Part shown: one piece after another, positions 36,776 to 49,099 of the stretch
How positions within the stretch are numbered: position 1 is the stretch's first letter
Layout: each line of letters starts with the position of its first letter
NCBI GenBank assembly: GCA_951406725.2
Contig: OX597822.1
Coordinates: 81,902,001-81,966,000 of the forward strand
Length of the DNA stretch: 64,000 bases
From: Octopus vulgaris
Lineage: Eukaryota
Reading direction: 5' to 3'
Translations under genes and position numbers: made by a program
The notes under the pieces: model-generated
Databases searched by the model: none
Told to the model about the DNA's origin: nothing
The model's input: the letters and a program-made list of their open reading frames with translations, nothing else

Positions 36776-38613
36776 AATATGCTTCAACACACGAATTCAC
36801 ATAAAGAATCTGGCAAACCAAATCCAAAAGCGAAATCTTTCCTTAGACTTGATTTTAATTCTGGTTGCATTCATTTTGAATTTCTCTTCCTCCTGAGCTG
36901 TGACATTGGTGATTGTGTGTTAGAGGGTGGTGTATTGCGAAAGTATTATGAAATGGAAGATGGAGATGGATGGGTTAGCTTTAGGTCTACCCTAATTGAA
37001 CTGATCCATGATTGAGTTCCAGCCATGACCATCTCATCTTTATTTTTCTAAGTATAGTATATCTAGGGCTACATTATTGAGTGTACTCAACGTTATTTAA
37101 GATGGTGGTATGTCATTCAATAAAGATTTAGCTATTATTTCTAGCAGATCGAATAACCATATAGAGGTATCTCTCTCTCTCTCTCTCTCTCGATATTTGT
37201 AGATCGTTAAATATAACGATCGTTAAATATAATGGTGATGACTATGATAACTGTGGTATACTTTTGTCTGTCTGTCTGTCTATCTGTTTGTCCTCTATTC
37301 TTACTCCTAAAAGGAAGTGACAGAGGTGACAGTGGGAGTAATATATGGTTTAGTAATGTATCAGTCTGTCTCTCTAACCCCCCTCCCCATCTCTCTGTCT
37401 CTTTCACTCACCTTGCCACTTTCTCACCCCCCCCTTCTCTCTCTCAGCATAGTGGTAATACTATGTGAAAGTGACAGTTCTGAAATGAAGGTCGTGGTGG
37501 TGGTGGTGGTGGTGGTAATTTCAAAATTGGGACGGGTAGTAGTGGGTGTAGTGAAAGTGATGTTATGAAATTTAATAAGTTAGGGAACTCGGGAGTGGTG
37601 ATGACAAGCCTGGAGAAGAAGGTGGCACAGATTTTAATGTGCTGGGAGGGGAGGGGCAAGGCAGAGTAAGATTTAGTTTAACAATTTGTTGTAATGATGA
37701 TGATTGGGAAAAATGTATGTGTGTGTGTTTAAATCTCTCTCTCTCTTTCTTCCCCTCTCTCTCTTTATCCTCTTTCTCTGTGTGTCTCCAAGCTGTAAAC
37801 AAAAACAAAACCGTAAATAATCATAGAAAATTATTAAAAAAAAAACAAAACATAATTAATGTTATTAGTTGATGTTTAATTTGTTGTTAATGTCCCATTT
37901 CCATTTTTCAGTAATCAGATTTGTCACTGTTAGTCAGCAATCCCAATTGAATGAGACACAAAACAGGACATACACAGATTTTTTTCTTTGTTGTTTTTTT
38001 TTTCACACATCTTCCATTTTTTCACCCAATCTCCTCCCCCACAAGTCTATGATAGTTATTTCTGCCCCCCACCCACCCCCGCCATTAACATCGTCTTGCA
38101 GTCTCAACATAAACATTCCTGATAACTTAACATGAAGGAATTTGTTTTTGTTTCTTTGTGTGTGTATATGCCCGTCAATGTATGTATTAATTAATTAATT
38201 AGTCAGGGACAGAAAATGGAACCCACTAGATTCATTTATTCAAATCCTCTACAATTGTTTCAACTCTTCCTGCATTTGTACCCCACAGGTGAGATGCTGA
38301 ACAATCAATGGCCAACAAAGCAGACTGTCACCTGTGTTTATTTTTTTGTGTGTGAGATGCTGAACAATCAATTATCTTGTATCTCCTCAGGTGACTTTTT
38401 AAACAAGTACCTCACTCTTTCTTCCTTCCATTTCACCCAGCTCTATTAAGATATATTTTTAGATTTTTTCTACATTTAAGAGATGAGGAATTATATACAT
38501 TATTTATGAATACCAAACAATAATACTGATAATACAGTTCTATATTTAAGAGATGAGGAATTATGTACATTATTTACATTTGATGGATATTAGTCCTCAT
38601 CTTGTTTGTTGCT

Positions 38614-38659
38614 AACACAACGTTTCGGCTGATATAGCCTCCAGCCTTCATCAGATGTC
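38614..38659 (-). ncRNA. Minimal type-I hammerhead ribozyme motif, core intact
   Basis: Reverse strand gacat-CTGATGA-a-GGCTG...CAGCC-GAAA-CGTT-gtgtt. Confidence 0.75.
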
Positions 38660-38732
38660 TTGGGAAAATTTCAAACCTGGGCTCTCATTCCTAGGGTATT
38701 TTTTCGATGTTAATATTATTATTCAAGTCACA

Positions 38733-38978
38733 GTGGATTCATATAAAGCTAGAAGAGTAGTGGAAAGGGTAGGACATGCCCTCGTCCGTGAGAGGATCTA
38801 TTACAACTGTTGGAAAAAACATTAACTAAATAACAAAATCAAAGAGAGGTTATCTTCATCACTTGGGAAAATAACCAGAGATGATGATGGAAAGAGAATC
38901 CAACAAGATCTGGAAAAGAAAGAATTTGAAATTGTGAAGACACATCAGATTAAGAAGTTTATGAAACTCAAAGGTCAT
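38733..38978 (+). pseudogene. Penelope-like retroelement ORF N-terminal fragment
   Basis: VDSYKARRVVERVGHALVRERIYYNCWKKH*LNNKIKERLSSSLGKITRDDDGKRIQQDLEKKEFEIVKTHQIKKFMKLKG, one frame with one stop; A..L..ERI and Q.KKF..L motifs recalled from PLE pre-RT regions. Confidence 0.65.
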
Positions 38979-40140
38979 CTGAGTTCAATTCCAGGCAGTG
39001 ACCAGAGTAATAATAATAATAATAACATCGAAAAATACCTTAAGAATGAGAACCCAGGTTCGAAATTTCCCCAAGACACCTGATGAAGGCTGGAGGGTAT
39101 ATCAGCTGAAACGTGTTAACACCAGACAAGATGAGGACAAATATCCGTCAAATGTAAATTATGTATTTTTAGATGGTTTGCTACATTCTAGCAGTTTTCA
39201 TAAGAATCAAATGTTGAAACAATTGTAGTGGATTTGAATAAAGAATCCCATGAATTCCATTTTCTGTGCTTGATCTATTTATATAAAACTCCACAGACCT
39301 CAAGGAATTCATGAAATAAATCCAGTAGCATATGCTGATGTTGACACCAGGTAGCCAGTAACAGTGGATGTGCTTTACACAGTATCCTATAAGGTTTATC
39401 CCCAAATATAATTGTATATGTATATTTGTGCATATGTGTCTTGGTATTCAAAGTGGTGCCCCAGAATGGCTGCAGCGATACAAGTAAAAGATGACAGATT
39501 TGCAGAGAATTCAGGAACACATTATTGAGTGTGTCCATTTCTAAAATGCTAGGTTTAATTTGAGGGAGATTTAGTTGCCATTTCTAGTTGGTCAAACAAC
39601 CATACAGAGGTTCTTCAGTGACTTATTGGTGTGATGCAGTTTGAAAGACATTTTGTTGCTGTTTCTAGCAGATCCAGTGAAGTGACCAAAAGCTAAAAGT
39701 CAGCCTAGCAGGGGAAGCAGCTACAAAGAAGGTCCCACATCTCTCGTTTATCCAAGTTAATTTTTGTGGATGTCATCCTCAACATCATTTAAAGTTTTGT
39801 CCATGTTGGCATGGGTTGGACGGTTTGACAGGATCCAGCGGGCTGTAGGACTGCTTTGTGCTCCAACGTCAACTTTGGCATGGTTCCTATCACTTGATAC
39901 CCTTTCTAATACCAACCACTTTACAGAGTGTAGGGGTGCTTTTTTCATGCCCCTGGCATTAGCGCGGTCAAAAAGATCATGGTAAAGGGGAGTGCATGTG
40001 GTGGGGAAGATGGGTTTATGCCAGGTGCTGAGAGCTTAAAGTATAATAAAAGGACAAGCATAGGGGAATACAGTTTGCCAGATTAAAAGCACTCCAGCCA
40101 TGACTAAACCAACTATTTATGTATCTAGGACTACATCATC

Positions 40141-40522
40141 CAATATAGTTCTATATTTGAGAGATGAGGAAATATATACATTATTTACATTTGACGGATA
40201 TTTGTCCTCATCTTATCTGTTAACACATTTCGGCTGATGTACTCTCCAGCCTTCATCAGGTCTCCTGGGGGGAATTTCAAACCTAGATTCTCATTCCTAA
40301 GATATTTTTCAGATGTTATTATTGTTATTATCATTGTCACTGCCTGGAATTGAACTTGGAATCTTGGGGTTAGTAGCCTGTGCTCTTAACCACCTTAGGA
40401 ATGAGAACCCAGGTTTGAAATTTCCCCTAGACACCTGATGAAGGCTGGAGGGTATATCAACCGAAACGTTGTGTTAATAAACAAGATTAGGACAAAAATT
40501 CGTCAAATGTAAATAATGTACA
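40141..40522. mobile_element. Fold-back element copy C with target-site duplication
   Basis: Minus arm 40141-40394, plus arm 40392-40522; tacatcatccaat at both 40132-40144 and 40519-40531. Confidence 0.8.
40430..40475 (+). ncRNA. Minimal type-I hammerhead motif with one stem II mismatch
   Basis: gacac-CTGATGA-a-GGCTG...CAACC-GAAA-CGTT-gtgtt. Confidence 0.7.
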
Positions 40523-40954
40523 TCATCCAATGTTTCCTTTCAGTGATTTTATGAGACAATTGACTGCTATTTCTAGCATGGCAAATAAACACAGAAAAAT
40601 CCCACGTTGGCTCATTAACTTAATTGTCGCTGTAGATGTGGTAGCTTGCAATTATTCAGTTACCCAGATTAACAATCTCATTGTTTTTCTTCATCTTTGT
40701 TGCAGTTATTTCTGAATTCCCATTGTATCAACAAAACATATACACACCAATGTGCCTTAGGTATTTAATATATGCCCATGTCTCTCTCTCTCTCTCCCTC
40801 TCATGCCTACCAATCTGGGTTTTTTTTTATGTCTATATATGTCTAAATATGTCTTTGTGGCTCAGTATCTATCAGTAATCTGCCTATCTCTATATTTGTC
40901 TGTCCCTATCTGTTTGTATGTCTGTAACTATGACATCATTTGTCTCCATCCATC

Positions 40955-41167
40955 ACTCTATCTATCTATTTATTTATCTGTCTATCTTTCTGTCTGTCTG
41001 TCTATCTTTCCATCTATCTGTCTATCTTTCCATCTATCTAGCTATTTTTCCATCTATCTATCTATCTATCTTTCTGTCTATCTATCTATCTATCTTTCTG
41101 TCTATCTATCTTTCTGTCTATCTTTCTGTCTATCTATTATCTTTCTGTCTATCTATCTATCTTTCTG

Positions 41168-41202
<35 letters not shown>

Positions 41203-41270
41203 GTCTATCTATCTTTCTGTTTATCTTTCTATCTATCTGTCTGTCTATCTATCTATCTGTCTGTCTATTT
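40955..41270 (+). repeat. (TCTA/TCTG/TCTT)n compound microsatellite
   Basis: Seen directly. Confidence 0.95.
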
Positions 41271-41424
41271 CTCAAAACAATATGTTAAGACATGTTAAGA
41301 CGCAGTGCAGACAGGAAATAGTTTCAGTTTGAAGCCCCTGGGGGGTTGTCACCAAACATAAGCTTTCTCAAGCTTTCTAACATTACCTTCCCATTTCTCT
41401 CCCCCCCCCCCACCTCTCTCATAA

Positions 41425-41466
<42 letters not shown>

Positions 41467-41509
41467 CAAACATTAAATTATGTTAGCGTATGGATGGATG
41501 CATTGAGAC

Positions 41510-41915
41510 AACTATACTACTGATTGGGTCAGGTTGTTGTGAAAAAGAAAATTCCTAATAATGATGAAGAATTATGCTGGATGAAGAGAAAAGAAATGTG
41601 CTGGAGAATGGTACCATAGGGTACTCCTGATAGATGCTGATTTAAGAAGATTTAGAATATCGTAGGTAGTTCGAGCAACATAAAAGGAATAGCACTTTAA
41701 AGTGCTGCCACTGCAGATGTTCTATCTTATCTTTAAACGTTTATTTCTGATAAATTCCTCTCAGAACACTCTGGTTTTTTCTCTATAAGTAAATTTTTCT
41801 ATCTTGTAAATTTACTTTCTGGTTCATTCGTTCTTACTTCACAGCAAGTTTTTCTGAAGGATATACTAGGATATGCATGCTGATGAGGTCAGAATAAGAG
41901 TGAAACATGATCAGA
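41510..41915 (+). mobile_element. Degraded Penelope-like 3' end
   Basis: Interrupted ...QVVVKKKIPNNDEELCWMKRKEMCWR... resembling a GIY-YIG C-terminal RE..W motif, followed by CTGATGA...GAAA at 41880-41905. Confidence 0.3.
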
Positions 41916-43183
41916 ATTTTCTCCTATACTTACTGAAGGTGATGGAGGGGAAAATTAAAATAATTTTAGTTACTGACTAATATTGTCTTTACATCATCAC
42001 CTAATTATTTATTATTAGATTTTTAGTGGTTTTTGCATTAAAATTATTAATAGTAATTTACCACAAACTCACACACACTACTTGCAGATATACGTAATGT
42101 GTATATATATATATATATATATATAAATATAAAAATGGAACGAAAACGCAATAGTGGGCATTAAGACGTTCGGACAAATAAACAATACAAAGATGGGCAA
42201 GAGAAACAACAATTAGAAGGACAGGCAAAAAAAGATGGATCGTTCTTGGCTTTCTATCATCAGTCAAGTCCCAGAAGTCACAACCATTTCGGGCAGTTAC
42301 ACTCAAGGTGGTTTGATCTGGTTGCCCCCAAAAAAGTCTAAGCTAAGAGTATTAGACCCCTTTGTAAGAAAGTTTGCGGATGTGTATGGCAACAAAGATA
42401 AAAACACACACAAACAAAATGGAGAACATGGTACACAATTACGAATACAAACAACAAGAAATAACAACAGATGTCTTTCAACTACACTCACATACACACT
42501 CACACTCAGGCTGAGAAGCACTCACTCTTTCTCTCTCTCTCTTTCTCATGTCTAGTCATACTCACAGAAAGAGGTATGCACATACACACAGCTAAATACC
42601 CCCACATGAGGAGATGATGCACATTTATACACTCGTATATGTGTGTACATCCAAACACCTACTAGTCAGGGTAGTAAAACTGAAAGTCAACAACAAGTCT
42701 CTCAATTGAAGCCTGCTGTTAATGGAAGGAAGATGAAAGCTTCAGTCAACATTGAACTTATTGTTATGCTTAGCTTACCTCTTTCTCTCTCTCTCTGATA
42801 ATTAATTTCTAAACCAGATTTCCTCATTAGTACGTTTAAATATCTAAATAAGATATCTAAATAGCCAAGGAAGACATTAAGAGACACACAGACAATATAA
42901 GAAGTCATGTCATTGTTTAACCCTGGTCCAACCCTCATCGAGTAGATCAAATGCTTATTTCTGAGCAAAGGCATTCCAGCTGTAAGTCAGACCAAACCAG
43001 GGAGTTGGGAGTCAAGTCTGGGGCTAGTAAGCACCATCATCATCATTTAACATCTACCTTCCATGCTGGTATGGATGGACCTGTGATTTTGATATGGGGA
43101 TTCTCCTTTTGTTAGAGGTAAAAGGAAGGGGTCTCAGTCAGCTTTATATATATATAGTTGAAATTTACAGAAAAACAAAAGAC

Positions 43184-43642
43184 CTATCTAAACATGTCCT
43201 TTGAGAAGGTGTTCATCACCCTGACCATAGCAACATCTGATATGACCTTCATAGCCTCCTGCGAAGACAACTCCTTGTCCTCTGTCCAGGGCATGGGCTC
43301 CTTCCTCCGGTCATCCAGCATCTCTATGTAGCTCTGTATTGCCCCTCCCTTCTGGAAGATGATGACAAAATCATGTCTCCTGGGAGGGGCTGCTTTTTCC
43401 TCTGTCAGTGGCACACATCCCACCGACAAAGTTTCCGGGCATGCCGACAGTTCACCATCAACTCTCGGTGGTGTCCCATTCTTTTTCTTTTCTCCTTTAC
43501 GACGGGAGGGTGGAGTTCCTCCTTCATGTCCAGAAGTCCTTCCTTCCCTCCCACCGCCTCAGGATCCATAGGGGATCATCCATTTTTGCCCACCTTCTTT
43601 CTTTTTTTTCCTTTCTTTTTCGAAATGCCTCTTTGGGCCATC
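43184..43642 (-). pseudogene. GC-rich decayed reading frame of unknown origin, possibly a LINE ORF1 tail
   Basis: ~150 codons in one frame with one internal TGA; composition differs sharply from the flanks. Confidence 0.4.
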
Positions 43643-44819
43643 AAATACAGTATAGGATTTTTATATGAACTAATTCTTTCTCTAATTTAATTTTTGCTTC
43701 ATCTAATGCTTTAAGATTAGAGTGGTGTAAGATGACTGTAAAATGAAAATAAGAGTTCTGCAAGAAAGTAATTGGAAACTGCAGCCCTAATTCCTAGAAG
43801 TGAGATATGAGAACAACTTTTAAGGGACGGTGCTTAGCTTATGTGACATTATGTTCATGATAGATTTGGATAGGAATGAATGCCACTCTTTCAAAAACAT
43901 CATCACCAAACAATCTTGTACCAGTTTCTGATAAATAGCCCAAAAATCTATGTTCCTTGTAAGATTCTGAATGAAGGACATTTTCTTTTTGTCTCCTTAC
44001 ATTAACAAATAATTCCGTCTCATTAATTTTCAGTTACCAAAAATAAATACGTAAATACAAGAGAAAGTAAAAAGAAATTCTTTGTGTTCTTCCATTGTCT
44101 CTTTATCATTAAGTTCAACTGCTTAGAATAAACTGTATTGTTTTGATATAATAAACAGCTTGGCCAAAGTAAACTCTTTAACGAAGCAATTATGACTTAT
44201 CTATTATCAAATCCTGCACCAACCCTCCTCCTTAACAGACTAAGCTGATCGAGCAGGATTATTGATTGGTCGTTTGCTGTTGTTTAACCCCAGGTCAGCC
44301 TGGACCCAGCACACTTAAGGATGAAATATGGTGCAGCTCTGATCATCTTGTCTTCTGGTCTTTTATTTTTTTTCTTTCTTAAGATAGAAATGTTTGTAGG
44401 ATTTGGTTGCTATTTCTAACAGAGAGGTTCCCTTATTGTCTTGTCAAAAGATGTCTGCTCAAAATGAAGATTTAGGCAAGCACAGAATGCTGAAATGCAT
44501 TAACTGTTTAAGCCTTTGGCATGACTCTGTCAAGTATAACACTTATTTATTCACATTGTTTTGAATTAATCATGCATTATCTTGTAGCTTTGAGATTTTT
44601 GATGATGTCATTGTTTATTTTTAGAATGTCATTGTAGGGTGAGTGTGAGAGGTCAGATCTGGCTGTGTTGAACATAAAACTGGCAGAATATTTGGGTCAG
44701 ATATGACCAGTTTAAATGCTAAAGGATTAAAGTCTGTTGTACCTTCTCTGTAGAGATGAAATGACCAGTGGACAGTTAAATCATTTTGCTCAGAATATTT
44801 CACTTTAGATAGTTCCAAT

Positions 44820-44981
44820 CAGGGGGGGGGGGATTAAGCCATCGGTCAATTGGGCACTGCCTGAGGACCCACAGCTCTGAGGGGTCTGCACTCTACATGT
44901 TAACTCTACTAAAATACACATTCAAAGGGGCCTGGTAAACAGTTATGCCCAGGGGCCCTTAACACTCTCAGTCCACCCCTG
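44820..44981. mobile_element. hAT-like MITE
   Basis: cagggg...cccctg ends; TSD gttccaat / attccaat. Confidence 0.7.
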
Positions 44982-45637
44982 ATTCCAATTTATTTAACAA
45001 TAGGTTCCCATTTGGGAATGTTCAGTGTCAGACCAGATACTAACAGTTTTCTGTTTTAAGTCCTATTTCTCTATAGATCCAGATTCTAGTTCTGGCCATT
45101 ATTCAAGTTGCTATTGTTGTCTTGCTCTAGGTCAGTCCTGATCAACAGTTCAAATCCACAAAGGCCCCAATGGTTCTTTCATCATCATTATTATTCAAGC
45201 AATTGTACCCAGGACTGAACGTGAACCAGCATAGGAGTCTGTATCTGATCTTGCTAATTGTTAGACATAGCAGCCAAATCTCCTCCAGTTGTCCTAAAAC
45301 TTGAAGACTCTTTGTGGACAACAGTTATATGATATATAAAAATAGGACAAGGACAGCTTTAAACAAAGATCAGCAGCTCAAACAGTGCTGAGAGGACAGC
45401 TAAACAACAACACAATGGAACTAGAGCTTAATGTCCTGCAAACTTGCCAAGATAAGTGGTTGTGGTGGTAGCAAAATGGCTGACCAGATAAAATTTTACT
45501 GCATTGTTAACTCAAGATTTTGAGTTCCTATCCATTTTAAGCCTCTTTCATTCATTCATCGAGTGATTCCAGTTGTACACGTAATTGCAATCAGTTCACT
45601 TGGTTGTAAGTATGGATTAAATGGGGCATTAGGTGAA

Positions 45638-46022
45638 TATTCTTTTCTACTCTAGGCACAAGGCCCGAAATTTTTTGTGAAGAGGGGGCAAGTCGATCAG
45701 ATCGACCTCCAGTACGCAACTGGTACTTAATTTATCGATCCCGAAAGGATGAAAGGCAAAGTCGACCTCGGCGGAATTTGAACTCAGAACGTAGCAGCAG
45801 ACGAAATACCTATTTCTTTACTACCCACAAGGGGCTAAACACAGAGGAGACAAACAAGGACAAACAGACGGATTAAGTCGATTATATCGACCCCAGTGCG
45901 TAACTGGTACTTAATTTATCGACCCCGAAAGGATGAAAGGCAAAGTCGACCTCGGCGGAATTTGAACTCAGAGCGTAACAGCAGACGATATACGGTTACG
46001 CATTTCGCCCGGCGTGCTAACG
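45638..46022 (-). mobile_element. Dimeric SINE family B
   Basis: Same composite structure as 28874-29272, reverse strand. Confidence 0.85.
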
Positions 46023-46099
46023 ATTCTGCCAGCTCGCCGCCTTACATTCGGTGAATATTGACTTCATTCCTTTGGCTTCGGGCAGCATGAAGCCTAAAC

Positions 46100-47650
46100 T
46101 GAGTACTGCTGCTCTTTGAGCTGTTACCTGGTTCTGTTGCTAAACACCAAGTCTGTTTTGACGAAACCAACTTTTCACCCATCTCTCTGCCTTCGACACT
46201 TTTTCAAGCGCGCAAACTATCTTTAAGACCTTTTTCTTTTGGTCTTCCTTCTATGATGGTGGGGTTCGAGAAGCTTGCTTGTAGTGTGTAATAAAGGGAG
46301 TGAAGAAGAGAAATTGCTTTTAATTAAATGACTTAGAATTGTTTGGTCACTAACAGTTGGTGGTGGCAATGGTGGTCAGCCTGGCTAATTGGTTGTTATG
46401 TGACAATGGCTGTTGGTGTTTGTAGTAGCTATTGCTTTTAGTGGTGATAGTAGCAGAGGAACAGATGCGAAAGAGAAAAGGAAAAGCAAGCAGCTAAAAC
46501 AAACAAAAGAAATAGACAGGAGAGAGAGAGCGGCGTGGAGAAGGCTGTCATTGACCACATTGCAAGTAATTCTGTTAAGAAAGTCAGTCTCCTGTGAAAA
46601 GATTTTCTCCAGAAATTTTATTAATCTATGCTTCACAACGACCCTTCCAAATGTCGCCCGAAATATGTGGATATTCAGTTTGAAAGGTTCTCGGTTCAAG
46701 GTGCGTCCTGTGCATGTTTATATCTATCTATCTATCTATGTATATAGTCGAAAGGAAACAATTTCCTTTTTGCAGCCCCGTTTACATGTATTTGTATGAG
46801 TTCCGCAGATACGGAGATTTCATATTCCTGCCGTTAAATTTAATTTAATGGATCAATTAAGGAAGACTTTGGCGTTCAAAAGTTTGAGATTGAGGGTTTT
46901 CTTTAAAAATGCACACAGCAGTTCTTACGATGTGCCTTCACTCATCATAAAAGTACGTACTTATATTTTAACTGTTGTTCGATACACACACATACACATT
47001 TACATTTACATACATATATATGTATATGTGTATATATATAAAGGTATTTTTTAATATGCTGGCCATTGATAGAATGTTTTTTCGAAAAATTTTATCCTAC
47101 ATTAGATGTATATATATAATTGGAGTGGAAGGTTATATAGAAGTTGTTCGGTACTTTTGTTACTATGAATGAGAATTCTGTTACTATTTTGGAGTCTGTG
47201 TTGTATCCGTTATCTAATCTGTATTTGTTTTGATATGTAAATAGAACTGTGTGTTTTACTTTCTTTTTTCGTTCTTTAAAAGTGTATTCGTCTGTTATTG
47301 CAAGTTGTATGTTAAGTGTGTACTCTAAATTTATTAATTCGAATCATTAAAGTTTTAAGTTACATTGTGAGAAAATTCGCGCGGGATATACTGCATGTAA
47401 AAAAATTAAAACACACACAAACACTCCACGTGTATTTGTGTTGTTTTACACGAGTTTGTACGTGTCGAACGACAAAAGAAGTGTTTTAATCTTTTTGTGG
47501 GGAGAATGTTCAAGCTATTGAAAACTATATTTTGGTGTAAATTTGTTTTTAAATTCGAATCGTTGGCATTCTCAATAAGTGTGGAATACAGCATCACGCG
47601 CGCATTTATGATTGCACGCTTGCTTGTTAATGATTGCTTGCTTGCTTGTT
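46100..47650 (+). promoter_or_regulatory. CpG-retaining promoter/first-intron region around the 46665 exon
   Basis: Unique sequence retaining gcgcgc, cgcgcg, cacgcgcgc; the adjacent SINE at 45638-46022 has intact CpGs. Confidence 0.4.
46665..46700 (+). CDS. Candidate alternative first coding exon (MWIFSLKGSRFK)
   Basis: aatATG context, AAG|gtgcgt phase-0 donor, purine-rich leader 46450-46664, in a second CpG-retaining zone. Confidence 0.55.
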
Positions 47651-47831
47651 CAACCCCAGGCTGGGTTGAACGAGCAGGTTTTGAATTATTACTATTTCCA
47701 CATTCAGTCTACTTAGAACAGCATTAATGCAATGCGTCCTTCTTTTTATTCTTTGTCCTTATTTGGACGGTGAGAAATGGTGTGAAGGAGATTCGGTTGC
47801 TACTTCGAGCAGGTTGAATGCCCATGTTGAC

Positions 47832-47965
47832 CAGGGGTTCTAAGAGAAGGTAAAACACAAGTCAAAGAAAAAATGCTAATATTTATAGAGGGAAGACTGT
47901 CGGAGGTCAGCGGAAGGGTGTTTGAGGGCCGCATGGGGCCTGAGAGCCATGGTTAAGAACCGCTG
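47832..47965. mobile_element. hAT-like MITE
   Basis: caggggttct / agaaccgctg ends; TSD atgttgac / atgttgat. Confidence 0.7.
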
Positions 47966-48656
47966 ATGTTGATACTCCGTAGTTATCTCGTTTTTCTTCA
48001 TTACTTCCAATGTAAAATTCTACAGTTGTCTTCTGGTACCAATTTCTCATTCATACTCAAACATGTGACCCCTTTGGTTACATTGGTGTTCTATGTTAGG
48101 AATGTAGAAAATGCTGGGAGTGAAGCCCCTACTGTTATTTGATTGTTGATATTTTATCAGATAACCTTAAACTGATAAATAAATAAAAATAAAAAAAACT
48201 ATGATGATAAACCTGCCCACTATGACCATCCCGTCTTTTTAACAATATTTCAGACTACTTTATCTGAAATAAAATGCTGTTATTTATATAATGCTCTTTC
48301 GCTGGCTTGTTTCGTGAATGTGTGTTCGTGGGTATGATGTCCTTTAGTTAAGATAGGGGAGTATGATTTTTATGAATATTTAACTGCTGTTTCTAGTAAG
48401 TCGAGCAACTAATTGGAGTCTTCACCAGCATTGGTTCGTTAGGATGATCTACATGCAGATCAAATCATAGGCAAACCGCGGACTGCATACAACCTGAAGG
48501 ACTTTCTGAATGGCACGCTCGACGAAAAATTACCTTCAGTTTTTCTTTAGTGGTGCGGCCCACTTGATGAGGAGAGATGTTTCATGCGACCCGCTTCTTG
48601 AAAAAGTTTACCCATACCTAATCTAGATATTATGTCAAATGAGAGGCCAGCGGTTT

Positions 48657-48767
48657 GTGTGAGATCAAGTGCTGGAGTGGCTTCTCTGGCATTGCTTCAC
48701 TGGACCCACAGGATTGTGTGAGTGAGATCAAGTGCTGGAGTGGCTTCTCCGGCATTGCTTCACTGGA
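48657..48767. repeat. ~50-bp direct duplication
   Basis: gtgagatcaagtgctggagtggcttctcYggcattgcttcactggac occurs twice. Confidence 0.85.
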
Positions 48768-49099
48768 CACGGGACTGCAAGGATTAAAAGATTTTCGTTC
48801 CAACAATGAATACACTTGAATTGTGAGACTTCGCTGACTTTCATCTTTAGTGATCAAAGGCTGTGTGTGAGCTTGCACTTGACTGCTAGCTATCTATCAT
48901 GGGGGACCATTTTGAAAGATTTTAGTCAAACAAATCGACCCCTACCCCAAAGTACTTTTTTTTATTTTGAAGTCCAGTACTTATTCTATCAATCCGTTTT
49001 GTTGAACTGCTAAGTTACAGGGACATAAAACAGACCAGCACCTGTTTGCAAGAAGTGGGGGAAACAAACACACACACACAACAGCAATAATTACAAACT

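Larger units (their letters stand above)
38533..39164. mobile_element. Fold-back element copy B enclosing a Penelope-like ORF fragment
   Basis: Minus arm 38533-38730, ORF fragment 38731-38978, plus arm 38980-39164; decayed direct repeat at 38451-38477 and 39161-39187. Confidence 0.75.

Noticed and set aside
38216-38288. ATG ORF ending CAG|gtgaga
   Set aside because: Phase 1, incompatible with the F-BAR exon, and starts inside an inverted repeat arm.
40803-41298. 161-aa and 126-aa LSIY-repeat ORFs
   Set aside because: Stop-free frames of a (TCTA)n microsatellite.
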